Source: Myxococcales bacterium (lineage in GTDB: Bacteria > Myxococcota_A > UBA9042 > GCA-2863065). Taken from it: a stretch of 64,000 nucleotides of DNA. The stretch's first letter is position 1. Each line of letters opens with the position of its first letter. The position numbers and the translations under genes were made by a program. Under the pieces are notes generated by a model, which was not told the DNA's origin, did not search any database, and saw only the letters and a program-made list of their open reading frames with translations. The stretch is taken from positions 9,957 to 73,956 of the forward strand of contig JADMJS010000204.1 of assembly GCA_018780435.1 (NCBI GenBank), given 5' to 3'. Shown one piece after another: positions 11,601 to 18,500 of this stretch.

Positions 11601-13337
11601 GGGATAGGCTTCGACGTGGCAGGACCAGAGGGGGCTCGGGGGCGCGTGCAGCGTGCCGAGCTCGATGGACGTGGTCGCGGCCGTCTTGTCGAGCGCCGTG
11701 GACTTCTGGGCGAAGAAGCGGAGGCGACGGGCGTCCCGGTCGACGTAGGCGAAGCCGCGCCCGGGGACTTCGACCATCGGGCATACCGAGCTGGTGGAGT
11801 TCGGCATGCTGCCGACCTGGCCGACAACGCCGGAGAACAACGGCGACGGGAGGATGTTGAACGTCACGGACGCGTCCGCCGTGGCTTCGCCTTGGTCGCG
11901 AACGCGAAGGGTCGCGGAGACCTGGCCGGCCGCGCTGCCGAGCGGCGGCACGTAGGTCACGCTGCCGAGCGCCGGGTCGACGTAGAAGCCCTCCGGCCCA
12001 TCGACGAGCTCATAGGCGAGCGGGAGGCCCGTCAGATCGGCGACCGTGGAGGTAAACTCGCACTCCGTCGTCTCGGTGCAGGTGGGGGGTGCGGTGATGG
12101 ACTCGAAGACCGGCGGCTCGTTCGGGATGCCGACCACGGAGTAGGCGAGGCTGGTCGCGTTGTTCGCTTCGTCGAGCTCTTCGACGGAGCCGAAACAATC
12201 GAGGACCACCCACGCCGTGTAGTCGCCGCCGAGGGTGCCCGTGCGGTTGAAGGTGATCTGCTGGGTCTGGCCCGCCGGCACGAAGATGGATTTCTGGTCG
12301 GAGACCTTCCCGCCGCCGACGGAGGGCTCATCGGCGCTGTTGAAGTACAGGCAGACGTCGGCCGCTTGGACGTCGTCGCCACCGGTGTTCTGGAAGGTGA
12401 CGGTGTAAGCGACGTCGGCCTTGTCGGAGGTGATCTCGAGCTTGGTCGCGACGAGATCCGGGGGGCCGCTCACGATGATGTCGGCTTCGAAGTCGTTGTT
12501 GAGCTCGTCGAGCTCGACGATCTCGTCGTCCTTGTCGACATAGACGTAGATGGTCTGGACGCCGACGTCCGCGGCGTCGTAGCCATTGTAGCTACCGCAG
12601 TCGACCTTCAAGGTCTGGTTCACGGTGAGAGTCGGGATCTGACAGAAGATGGGGCTCGATCCGACGAGGTCCCAGTCGGGCTTCTCGGGCTCGCCGACGT
12701 AGACGTCGATCGCGAAGCCGCCGGATGGCTCATCACCCTGGTTCTTGACCGTGACCTCGAAGGCCACGTCGAAGGGCCCGCCGCCGTCGACCTTCGACCC
12801 TGTGAGCCCCGTGATGACGAGGTCGGGGTTGGTCGGTGGCGGCGGGTCCATGACGTAGGGCGTCGAGCTCTTGTTGTTGTCGGTCTTCTGCTCTTCCTTC
12901 TCGGTGCGGCCAAAGGGCGGGCCGAGGTCCTTGTTCACTTCGCACCACGCGGTGAAGGCGCCGATGCCGCTCTGGTAGACGAAGTCCTGAGAGACCTCCT
13001 CGGAGGGTCCGATGACAAGCGTCTCGAAGAGGCCGTCCGGGTTCTCCGACAGCGTCGGGTCCGAGTCCGAGTGGAACCAGATGTAGGCCAGCGGGTCCTT
13101 CGGCGTCCCGGTGGCTTCCGCGACGTCGTCTCCGATGTTGTTCACCTTCAGCGTGAGGGTGACGAAGCCCGTCTTCGGGTCGGGCTTTGCCTCGATGCTG
13201 CACACGAGATCCGGTGCGGCGGCGAGGGCCGACGGGGTGAACGCGAGCGCGGCCAGAAGGATGACCGGTGCGACGAAGCGAAGGTTGCGACTGCCCATAA
13301 GAGCGCAATCGTACCTGCCCGGAGGGCATCGCGGCAA
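2610..13337 (-). CDS. giant secreted surface protein (3575 aa) with a MYXO-CTERM-like sorting tail
   Basis: Single uninterrupted ORF. It has an N-terminal signal peptide ('VILLAALAFTPSALAAAPD') and CARDB-like modules near the N-terminus ('VNNIGDD', 'VKNQGDEPSG', 'FQNTGGDD'). There are more than 20 Ig-like repeats of the form '(I/L)DFG.V..G......(V/L).(V/L).N.G...L', which look like choice-of-anchor-D / ASPM-SPD2-Hydin domains. Delta-60-like repeats are also present ('DGALDPWFGDGG', 'DGVLDPTFAGG', 'GALDTTFGAQG'). The C-terminus is 'SGCGCRT...GLVALLALGLWRRRAVR'. Confidence 0.9.
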   Translation of the reverse strand: MPRCPPGRYDCALMGSRNLRFVAPVILLAALAFTPSALAAAPDLVCSIEAKPDPKTGFVTLTLKVNNIGDDVAEATGTPKDPLAYIWFHSDSDPTLSENPDGLFETLVIGPSEEVSQDFVYQSGIGAFTAWCEVNKDLGPPFGRTEKEEQKTDNNKSSTPYVMDPPPPTNPDLVITGLTGSKVDGGGPFDVAFEVTVKNQGDEPSGGFAIDVYVGEPEKPDWDLVGSSPIFCQIPTLTVNQTLKVDCGSYNGYDAADVGVQTIYVYVDKDDEIVELDELNNDFEADIIVSGPPDLVATKLEITSDKADVAYTVTFQNTGGDDVQAADVCLYFNSADEPSVGGGKVSDQKSIFVPAGQTQQITFNRTGTLGGDYTAWVVLDCFGSVEELDEANNATSLAYSVVGIPNEPPVFESITAPPTCTETTECEFTSTVADLTGLPLAYELVDGPEGFYVDPALGSVTYVPPLGSAAGQVSATLRVRDQGEATADASVTFNILPSPLFSGVVGQVGSMPNSTSSVCPMVEVPGRGFAYVDRDARRLRFFAQKSTALDKTAATTSIELGTLHAPPSPLWSCHVEAYPGGGYVVFETASRTAVFLPTVGAARKMTLPVTGGLTIYSEQFRYVGDGAMAFFTIGADARIVLMSLVTGKLDPQWGGNVNATPTGGTLGMIDLYDASTAPGVSGLDIYSNYFWTDGETFRVYNRFNTRQELIEVDRDGAVIVASRLTPWLPPDPVPNQEPLWSLMADPNGGLQILDIATSTLRWYRADYRENPTDPLTFSPNENFALRDPNLPVGTPTAPGFVYLQAYGLSANNADCSVLESGGFSCHDVAEQRGYVLNEFGDYWKNCPELDVSPGTIDFGAVPAAESRTRSVTIANRGGGTLVLTSGGIPTTPTAPGGSFNLTGLGTPPRFLPPGSTITVDVTYSPQQSGSSLATLVFGSNACIDGGLNVPLIGSSGPRLTVTPSPITFTGVSASTHSKFVDLVSVGSSALSINLVQVQSAGGKLTRGTLTRSSGPVSLPAVLQPGERLSVEVLFDGTTPGSYTGSLVVSSSDAGNSVQEFPITATTTAEIRSAPAGFNFGAVAAGNTGTRSLVLRNRGFTPITFQPPVMTASSAFTLDTSSFVNLLAPGATTTLTLEYRPTRAGTDFALVTVEHDAESPPITLHAAAGTGTSFPFGFTGTIDVTVPAGGPIDGDLAGSDQFLHVSTGGFLVGVGDGNRFAVIQADGALDPWFGDGGTFDVKAAFPELDGVWPYVVELPDGGFALLDPGAKRIVALRADGVRHPYFGTNGVIELGSLLAPSATLGAAFVATANGLLVGDTENDVLSVVTRDGVLDPTFAGGTGKLVFKGAGTVVGGGLATGVGNLVGVIGKGTLLVADAQTTKVFTFTPEGQAPFESATGALPSFGGTFWVGGTNRIFYFDASTGLITKLITPLMGQDTEWGNAGTLNANTPFPGATFSRAFAAVDEERIAVVDTVGGRIGIVERTGKPYVALPKAVIEPPPELAFGVVPVGVTSAPKSIDVTNNGNVPLVVTALFDQPDFHLAAVQGVAPDTITVPAGATRTLNIVYEPKIEAQMSAFLRILTNDPTLPEVGTGVLLTGSTGGRLVVSPDLNVIDFGAVAAGQDAVRSFTLRNAGADPLALQSVAIVSNPAGAFTLNPPIAATTLDPGEAPITVTVRFVPVAGVNATGTVTISASGGTQRVIGLLGADAPRISVNPTEIACEGAELGKKMLCGQVAIGNVGSQPLVVAGFDAVGIGFEVLATPGVVAPGGAPIIARVFVTPGQAGESLGALRVSTNDTSLSGPATVPVRVRTQATLLATPSELDFGAVPAGQTAYRTVQVSGPGGARLLAASLTGSLAFGVASAPVFPATLGSGASIAVRCSPNARGTFTGTLALATDQAASSNIVIPLVCRSGDLLTATPSTVDFGAVAVGTSRTIPVVLENTGSSPVTIDGASATGTGFSVDLAAVTLAPGDTTAVFPVFAPEGKGDVTGSLTVTGPAGTLATVALSGSSGPKLLFVAADGVIDFGVRAAGTITTRSALLVNAGSEPVLPSAPVLTGSGVFTQTSTFDESAIAPGAYRVIELAFEPLTVGVFASVLSVESSAGSATVDLLGRTGGALAVSPTELNFGAAVAGQAVSLPLVVRNDSPSDPVTINWFLSGSQAAFKVVGLNQGDVLQPGEVRSGVKVSFDPSAPGDYAGTLTFYSKTGVEDGAIDVALTGKSGARVVVVEPRTGFLGFRSVPVGTTLALPFRVAAAGDASLRILGFDVEGDAGAFAIGGLDALPVDIEPGRSLALQVVCAPNKAGLYGAVLRLATDDPLAPAVPVRLECTTPAAATVSPIAVEFGAVPALAKATKTVTLRNKGGLPLTVTGAEVIATGAKAGLALAKAFSGEVTVNPGGTTLIDVALSPAAAADYPGVLRISTSDPARPVILVPISGHSGPRLDLSPPVLNFCRGTGTVDVTVRNGGTSPLIIDSGLLSSGSGISLSAVWKDDQVNLGATTLEPGGSRVVLVSVDSPLSGGKRVASTELTFSSNDPDPNGGVLRIVQGSGLAFDDGFNGSANVLPPGAGSAFDLPGRLTGGLAELCTGGFVAASLPADPTAEPEEGARSLVYGYPGAAGAASALSPWGERERPGQVDLDALYAAANLDPTFAADFGAQVRTFGQLGLQAIVAPSAGAVVLIDTDGQLAEAHPSGGVLRVDDAAGTGVVVRDIAARAAGAFVVLDARGGQLLGLTAAGALDTTFGAQGRILLSSAVTGGVSASLDSIAAVPSGSVAVLDSDRGRIAIVTASGGLDTGFGEVGSGVIDISDDGGFAGVGAYGAAGLIYLQPAFGIVDLPTSRILAFAVAGQRNTSIGDGGVVNGVELSSGALVVTSTVAVATPANAGKLVTAHTGDGDLRFHDTDGYPLTKEAAALGLSGCPINIQGVTPGSAVGGGGSISLSNAGQGFLNVEALEFDFPELTCEGPLCDAAQPIPAGSDLTVDFGWAPKSGTTGCFETSVTITHGGVNGPTVTCPVLLGTTSQFVITPGGLSDSSSYTFPPQAVGTAYTREFLIRNAGCETLPLSNIVLGGSAPEQFELDKGALKDLAPGEIHRFTVTCKPQAAGDHSANLSFSTAPKPAPSQTTIRCFTGPVITPTPENLNWFAVPVGAGDLETLTLRSTGGQDATITPAAPGGPLFRITNVKMGAATLTPDEAAAVFQLVDVPDSGVLPIGSEAVVRVAFTPPTPGAWTATLEYTSDSVLAIPDGGVTRIPFTASSSPEVVFAPNPVDFGVVEVGAVGEVAVKATNIGGSLAPGYVPDTTKLATDGPWFTLTDDDEWNITAGQDLDLTLRCQPTEVGERTAKLYVEASDDANAESDFITLDLVCRGGSCVTAPELIDFGDVAWDQTKDLDITLSNPGSKDAIVTVAITGGDAGEEFAITAPTGESPVEVTVPAQGDATVTLTFDPLDVPGKRKGTLTLTDPGCEPTPRTIPVTAWSMPPGDEGDDVTAADPGTPVEQDDDLGSDGQDATDGTSDDLGNADGGTTDTTSSSGTIPTYSGCGCRTATTDSSTLPGGAVAGLVALLALGLWRRRAVR

Positions 13338-13407
13338 CTTGGCCCAACTTGATTAGAGCTGGCCGGAAACGTTCGAGTGCGAGGCGGATCGGGGCTGTGG
13401 AATCAGC

Positions 13408-13884
13408 TCAAGCGCGGCAGTCGACGCAGAGGCCGTAGAGCTCCATCTTGTGGTCCGTGAGCTCGAAGCCGAAACGTTTGGCGATCGCGAGCTGCAGCGC
13501 CTCGACCGCGTCGTCGTGGAACTCCACGATCTTCTTGCACTTCGTACACACGAGGTGGTCGTGGTGCTCGCCCATGGCCGCCTCGAAGCGCGTCGGACCG
13601 TTGGCGAACTCGTGGCTCTCGGCGAGGCCGGCTTCTTGGAGCAGCTTCACTGTCCGGTAGAGCGTGGCATAGCCGATGTTGTCGTCGCGCTTTCGCACGG
13701 CCGCGTGGAGCTCGTCGATGTTCATGTGGCTCTTCGACTCGAGCAGCACTTCGCAGATGATCTGCCGCTGCCGCGTCATGCGGAGGCCGTTGTCGACGAC
13801 GTGTCGGCGAAGGACTTCGAGAGGATCCGTTTCGAGCACCTTTCCCATGGCCGCGAGGATAGCGGACGGTGCCGAGGTCGTCAT
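13408..13884 (-). CDS. Fur-family metalloregulator (Fur/Zur/PerR not resolved)
   Basis: Motifs: 'GLRMTRQRQIICEVL' (wHTH), 'HHDHLVCTKCKKIVEF' and a C-terminal 'CVDC'. The start is uncertain; the candidates are the ATGs at 13884 and 13848. The track ORF N-terminus (13935) looks over-extended. Confidence 0.85.
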   Translation of the reverse strand: MTTSAPSAILAAMGKVLETDPLEVLRRHVVDNGLRMTRQRQIICEVLLESKSHMNIDELHAAVRKRDDNIGYATLYRTVKLLQEAGLAESHEFANGPTRFEAAMGEHHDHLVCTKCKKIVEFHDDAVEALQLAIAKRFGFELTDHKMELYGLCVDCRA

Positions 13885-14004
13885 GCATGGAAGAGTCGAA
13901 ACTCGGACCGCCGGAGTCCGCGCCCAGAAAAACACGCTGGCCTGGAGAGGGAGCCCAGCTTATATCTCCACGACTCGGCTCGAAGCAGCCGCTCAGAGGT
14001 GTTC

Positions 14005-14541
14005 ATGGCCGTCCTGCCGCTCCGGTACTTCCCCGACGACGTCCTCCGCGTGAAGACGCAGCCCATCACCGCGTTCGACGCCGAGCTGAAGCGCTTGGTC
14101 GCGGACATGGCCGAGACCATGTATGCCGAAGCCGGCATCGGCCTCGCCGCCAATCAGGTCGGTCGCTCCGTGCGCCTCCTGGTGATGGACGTGCCGCGAT
14201 CGAACGACGACAAGACCCCGAACTTCAAGGCGATGCTGAACCCGGAGATCGTGGCTCGCGACGGCTCCCAGAACTACGAAGAGGGCTGCCTCTCCTTCCC
14301 AGGGATCCAGGCCAGCGTGAAGCGGGCACTGAACGTCACCGTGCGCTACCACGACCCCGACGGCCAGACCCAGGAAGAGCGCCTCACTGGGCTCGACGCC
14401 GTGTGCCTTCAGCACGAGATGGACCACCTGGACGGCATCACCTTCGTCGACTACCTGAGCCCGCTCAAACGGCGCCTCCTGCTCCGCGACCTGAAGCGCA
14501 ACCTTATCGAGCGCGGCCTCGTGGAAGAGGCGGCCCTCTGA
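14005..14541 (+). CDS. def: peptide deformylase
   Basis: All three PDF motifs are present: 'GIGLAANQVG', 'EGCLSFPG' and 'QHEMDHLDG'. The ATG at 14005 is in frame within track ORF 13450..14541. Confidence 0.95.
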   Translation: MAVLPLRYFPDDVLRVKTQPITAFDAELKRLVADMAETMYAEAGIGLAANQVGRSVRLLVMDVPRSNDDKTPNFKAMLNPEIVARDGSQNYEEGCLSFPGIQASVKRALNVTVRYHDPDGQTQEERLTGLDAVCLQHEMDHLDGITFVDYLSPLKRRLLLRDLKRNLIERGLVEEAAL

Positions 14542-14546
14542 GCCCG

Positions 14547-15512
14547 ATGACTGCGAGCGGGGGGCCGGCGACCGTCGTTTTCATGGGCACTCCGGACTTC
14601 GCGGTGCCATGCATCGATGCACTAGCGAACAGCCCGCTTGTGCGCCTCGCCCTCGTCGTCTGCCAGCCCGACAAGATCCACGGCCGCCACAAGGAGCCGC
14701 AGCCACCGCCGACGAAGGTCGCGGCGCTCGCGCGCGGGATCCCAGTGGCTCAGCCGACCAAGCTGCGCAGCGGCGACTTCCCGGAGCTGCTCGCGTCGCT
14801 GAAGCCGGATCTCATCGTTGTCACGGCATACGGCCGAATCCTACCGCAAGCGATCTTGGACTTGCCGCGGCTCGGCTGTGTCAATGTACACGCCAGCTTA
14901 CTGCCACGGTGGCGCGGCGCAGCGCCGATCCAATGGGCAGTGGCCGCGGGAGACGAAGCGTCCGGCGTGTGCCTCATGCAGATGGACGTCGGCCTCGACA
15001 CGGGAGCAGTGCTGGCGCGCTCGACTACGCCACTCGCGGCCGACGAGAGCGGCCAGTCGCTGCACGATCGCCTCAGCCTCGTCGGCGCGACGCTGCTCGC
15101 CGAAAGCCTACCCGCGCTCCTCGCGGGCGACCTCGTCCCGAGTCCCCAGAACCACGACGAGGCGACGCTCGCGCCGATCTTGACGCGCGAACACGGCCAG
15201 CTCGACTTCGCGCGCCCGGCGGCCGAGCTCGAACGCCGAGTGCGCGCCTTCGATCCTTGGCCGGGCGCCTGGTTTCACCTGGAGACGAGCGCCGGTGTGA
15301 AGCTGATGAAGGTGTTTCCGCAGGCCCGTATGCTCGACGCGTCGGGTGCGCCTGGCACGGTGCTCGAGGCCGACGACCGGCTCATCATCGCCTGTGGCGA
15401 CGGCGCGCTCTCGTTCTCAGAGCTACAGCTCGAGGGCAAGCGACGGATGGCCGCCGGTGAGCTGCTGAGGGGATTCAAGATCGCGCCCGGGGCACGGGTC
15501 GTTCGAAGCTGA
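14547..15512 (+). CDS. fmt: methionyl-tRNA formyltransferase
   Basis: Motifs: 'VVFMGTPDFAVP' and 'NVHASLLPRWRGAAPIQ'. The ATG at 14547 is 5 nt after the def stop, giving the classical def-fmt pair. It is in frame within track ORF 13869..15512. Confidence 0.95.
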   Translation: MTASGGPATVVFMGTPDFAVPCIDALANSPLVRLALVVCQPDKIHGRHKEPQPPPTKVAALARGIPVAQPTKLRSGDFPELLASLKPDLIVVTAYGRILPQAILDLPRLGCVNVHASLLPRWRGAAPIQWAVAAGDEASGVCLMQMDVGLDTGAVLARSTTPLAADESGQSLHDRLSLVGATLLAESLPALLAGDLVPSPQNHDEATLAPILTREHGQLDFARPAAELERRVRAFDPWPGAWFHLETSAGVKLMKVFPQARMLDASGAPGTVLEADDRLIIACGDGALSFSELQLEGKRRMAAGELLRGFKIAPGARVVRS

Positions 15513-15538
15513 CCGAGACGGGGCCGCCAGCGTGAGCA

Positions 15539-15566
15539 CGTCGGTGGCAGCGAACTGCCACCGACG
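15539..15566. terminator. perfect 12-bp stem / 4-nt loop hairpin between convergent genes
   Basis: CGTCGGTGGCAG-cgaa-CTGCCACCGACG lies between the fmt stop (15512) and the stop of the Cys-rich lipoprotein gene (15577). There is no U-tract. Confidence 0.4.
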
Positions 15567-15576
15567 CCGTGTGGGG

Positions 15577-18500
15577 CTAGGGCTGGATGCACATCCCGGC
15601 GACGGGCGTGTACTTGCACGTCCCCGCGGGAGCGGGAGCCATGGGGCTCGGCGGCGGCGCGTCGCACGTGTCCGTCGTGCAGGCGTCGTCGTCGTTGCAG
15701 TCCTCGTCGCTCGTGCAGCAGTTTGCCTGTGCAGTGTAAACACAGACGCCGCCGATACACTCGCCGCTGGAGCATTCGTCGGCATTACCACAGTCCGAGT
15801 CCACCGCACATTGGGCGAACGAGGCCCCGTAGGCGCACTTGCCGCTGGTGCAGGCCTCTTGAGTGTCGGTGCTCTGGTCGTCGCAGTCCGCGTCGGCCGA
15901 GCACGACGTGATGGCACACGTCGTCGCGATCTCGAAGTCGTCGATGAGGACGCCGAGGCCGTCATTGACCGTGTTGTCCATCGTCGCGAAGCTGAACTCG
16001 ATCACGATCTCTTTGCCGGCCCATGGCGTGAGTGACCCGGAGACCTGAACCCATCCCTCCTGAGTGAGCTGCGCCTTCGTGAGGATCCGCGACACGTCGC
16101 TGCCAGCGATGATGCGGACTTCGAACACGTCGAAGTTCTCGGAGACTTCCGTGTCGATGTAGACCTTGAAAGCGATGGTCGTGCTCGAGTCCGCGTTCGG
16201 GACCGTGTATGGCGCCGAGAGGACGACGCCGCTCGTGGGCCCATCCGGATAGGCGAAGTTCCATTGATCCGGCACCCCGTAGTAGAGAGCCGACGACGGC
16301 CAGACGGCCTCCGGCGGCGTGACGACCTGCCAACCGATCCCGACCGTGTCGTTGTCGATGGTCCAGCCGGGCAGCTCAGCGTCGGCGAAGGTCTCGGTGA
16401 GTGCGTTCGGTTCGCAGCAGCCGCTCGCGCCGGTGGGCCAAGCGAGACAAACGCCTTCGACACAAAGGTCCGTCGAGCAGACCGACTCGCCATCGGAGCA
16501 CTCGATGTCGGTGGTGCAGCAGGACGGCTTCTGCGGGTTCACGCACTTGCCCGCCTTACATACGTCGGCGGTGCACACCACGCCGTCATCACACTCAACG
16601 TCGGCTTCGCACTCCGGCAGCGCCGGGCCCTGGTAGCACATGCCCGCCTTGCAGACGGTCGTGGTCTTCGGGTCGCCATCGTCACAGTCCGGGTCCTCGT
16701 CGCAGGCATTCTCCTGGCAGGACAGGATCGCGACGTCATCGACGAGCACGCCGAGCCCGGTGTTTCCGGCGGCTATGGCCTGGAAGCGGAACTGGAGGCG
16801 CAGCGTCTTGCCGGCGTACGCGTCGAGGTTGACCTGTACCTCAACGTGCTCCTTGAGCTTCGTGGACGCGTTCGACTCCCAGAGGACCACGTCCTCCATC
16901 TCGTCACCGACCGCCAGCACGGTCAACGTGTCACTGTCGGTAAAGAACTCGTCGAGATCGGGATCGATGTCGAGATAGACGGTGAAGGTGAGCCGCGTCC
17001 CCTGCCCTGCCGGAAGTGTGAAGAAGTCGGTGTATGCATTGCCAGCCGTCTTCTTTCCAGGGGCGAAATTCTGCGCCGTCTTCGAGCCGTAGTAGAGGGC
17101 TGCCGACGTGCCGACGGCTGGCGTGCTCCAGACGCTCCACCCTGCCGACGACGAGCCGTTCACCAGCGTCCAATCGTTGGCGGCGCCATCATCGAAGTCT
17201 TCCGTGAGCGAGAACGGAGTGCAGCATTCGGCGGCGTTCGTATCGGCGCGGAGACACTGACCGTCGACGCAGGCATCGACGGTGCAGCTCGAACCGTCGT
17301 CGCAGCTCGCGCCGTCCGCGCAGCACTCGTTGTCGTGCGCGCACACGTGGGTCGCGACGTCGCACGTGTCGACGGTGCACGCGTTGTTGTCACCGCACTC
17401 CGAGTCGAGGAGGCAACAGCCCGCCGTCTGCGTGTAGCTGCACGTCTTCTCGAACATCGGAGGGAAGGGGAACATCGGGTCCGGTACGGACTCCACGCAG
17501 GTCCCGACCGCACACGCGTTCGGGGCCTGGCCGACGCAATCCGAGTCCGTCTCACAACAACCGCCGAGCTGCGGCGTGTTCTGGCAGGAGCCGTTCGGGA
17601 GGCACACGTCGGTCGTGCAGCTGCTTTCGTCATCGCAGTCGAGGGCAGAGGCGCAAGCGAGCGCCGGTCCCGAGTAGCACTTGCCGATCAGGCACGTCTC
17701 AGCGGTCAGGGGGTTCCCGTCGTCGCAGTCTGTGTCGAGCATGCAGAAGCTGGGTGTACACGACGCCGAGACACGGACATTGTCGATGAGGATGCCAAGG
17801 GTCTCGTTGATGGTCGGATCCCCGGTGCGGAAGACGAAGGAGACGGCGATCGTCTTGCCCGCATACGCGGTGACGTCGATGGCGACCTTCGCGAAGGTGT
17901 TCTTCTGGTTGGGGAGGAGCTCGGGTTTGGCCCAGACCAGCTTCGGTGTCGCTCCGCCGCCCTGATCGACGACGACCTCGAGGACGTCGTAGGCCGGAAG
18001 GAGCTCCACCCCGTAGAACACGTCGAAGCTCAGCGTGAAGGACCCGCCCGCAGGGAGCGTGATCGGTCCCGTGGTGGCCGTGCCTTCACTTTCGAGACCT
18101 TCGCCGTAGTTCTGGAGATCAGGGTTACCGTAGTAGAGCGACGCCGACGCGCCGGGCTCCGACGGGTCGTTCCAGACCTGCCAACCGAACTTCTGGCCTC
18201 CCAGGGCGATCGAGAGCGGGGAGAGCGTCCACCCGTCCGCAGTGCCGTCTTCGAAAGACTCGACGTACTCGAATGCCACACAGCAGCCCTCGGCGCCGGT
18301 CTGCGCCGAGAGACAACCGCCGGCGACACACGCGTTTTTCGCGCACGCGTCGCCCTCACCGCCGCAGTCCGCGACCGTCTCACAGCAGATATTCTCGTTC
18401 GTACAGGTGTTGTTGACGCCGCAGGTGTCGCTCGTGCACTTGTCGCCGTCGGCACAGTCGAGATCGACGTTGCAGCAGCCTTCGATGGGTGCGGACTCGC

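Noticed and set aside
2737-13352. Many long ORFs overlapping the giant gene on the opposite strand or in other frames, for example 2844..4517, 5100..6923, 8715..9851, 10825..11784 and 11616..13352.
   Set aside because: Their translations are Arg/Gly/Asp/Ala-rich with no recognisable domains, which is typical of antisense or off-frame open frames in ~70% GC DNA. The 3575-aa frame has a coherent signal peptide, repeats and sorting tail.
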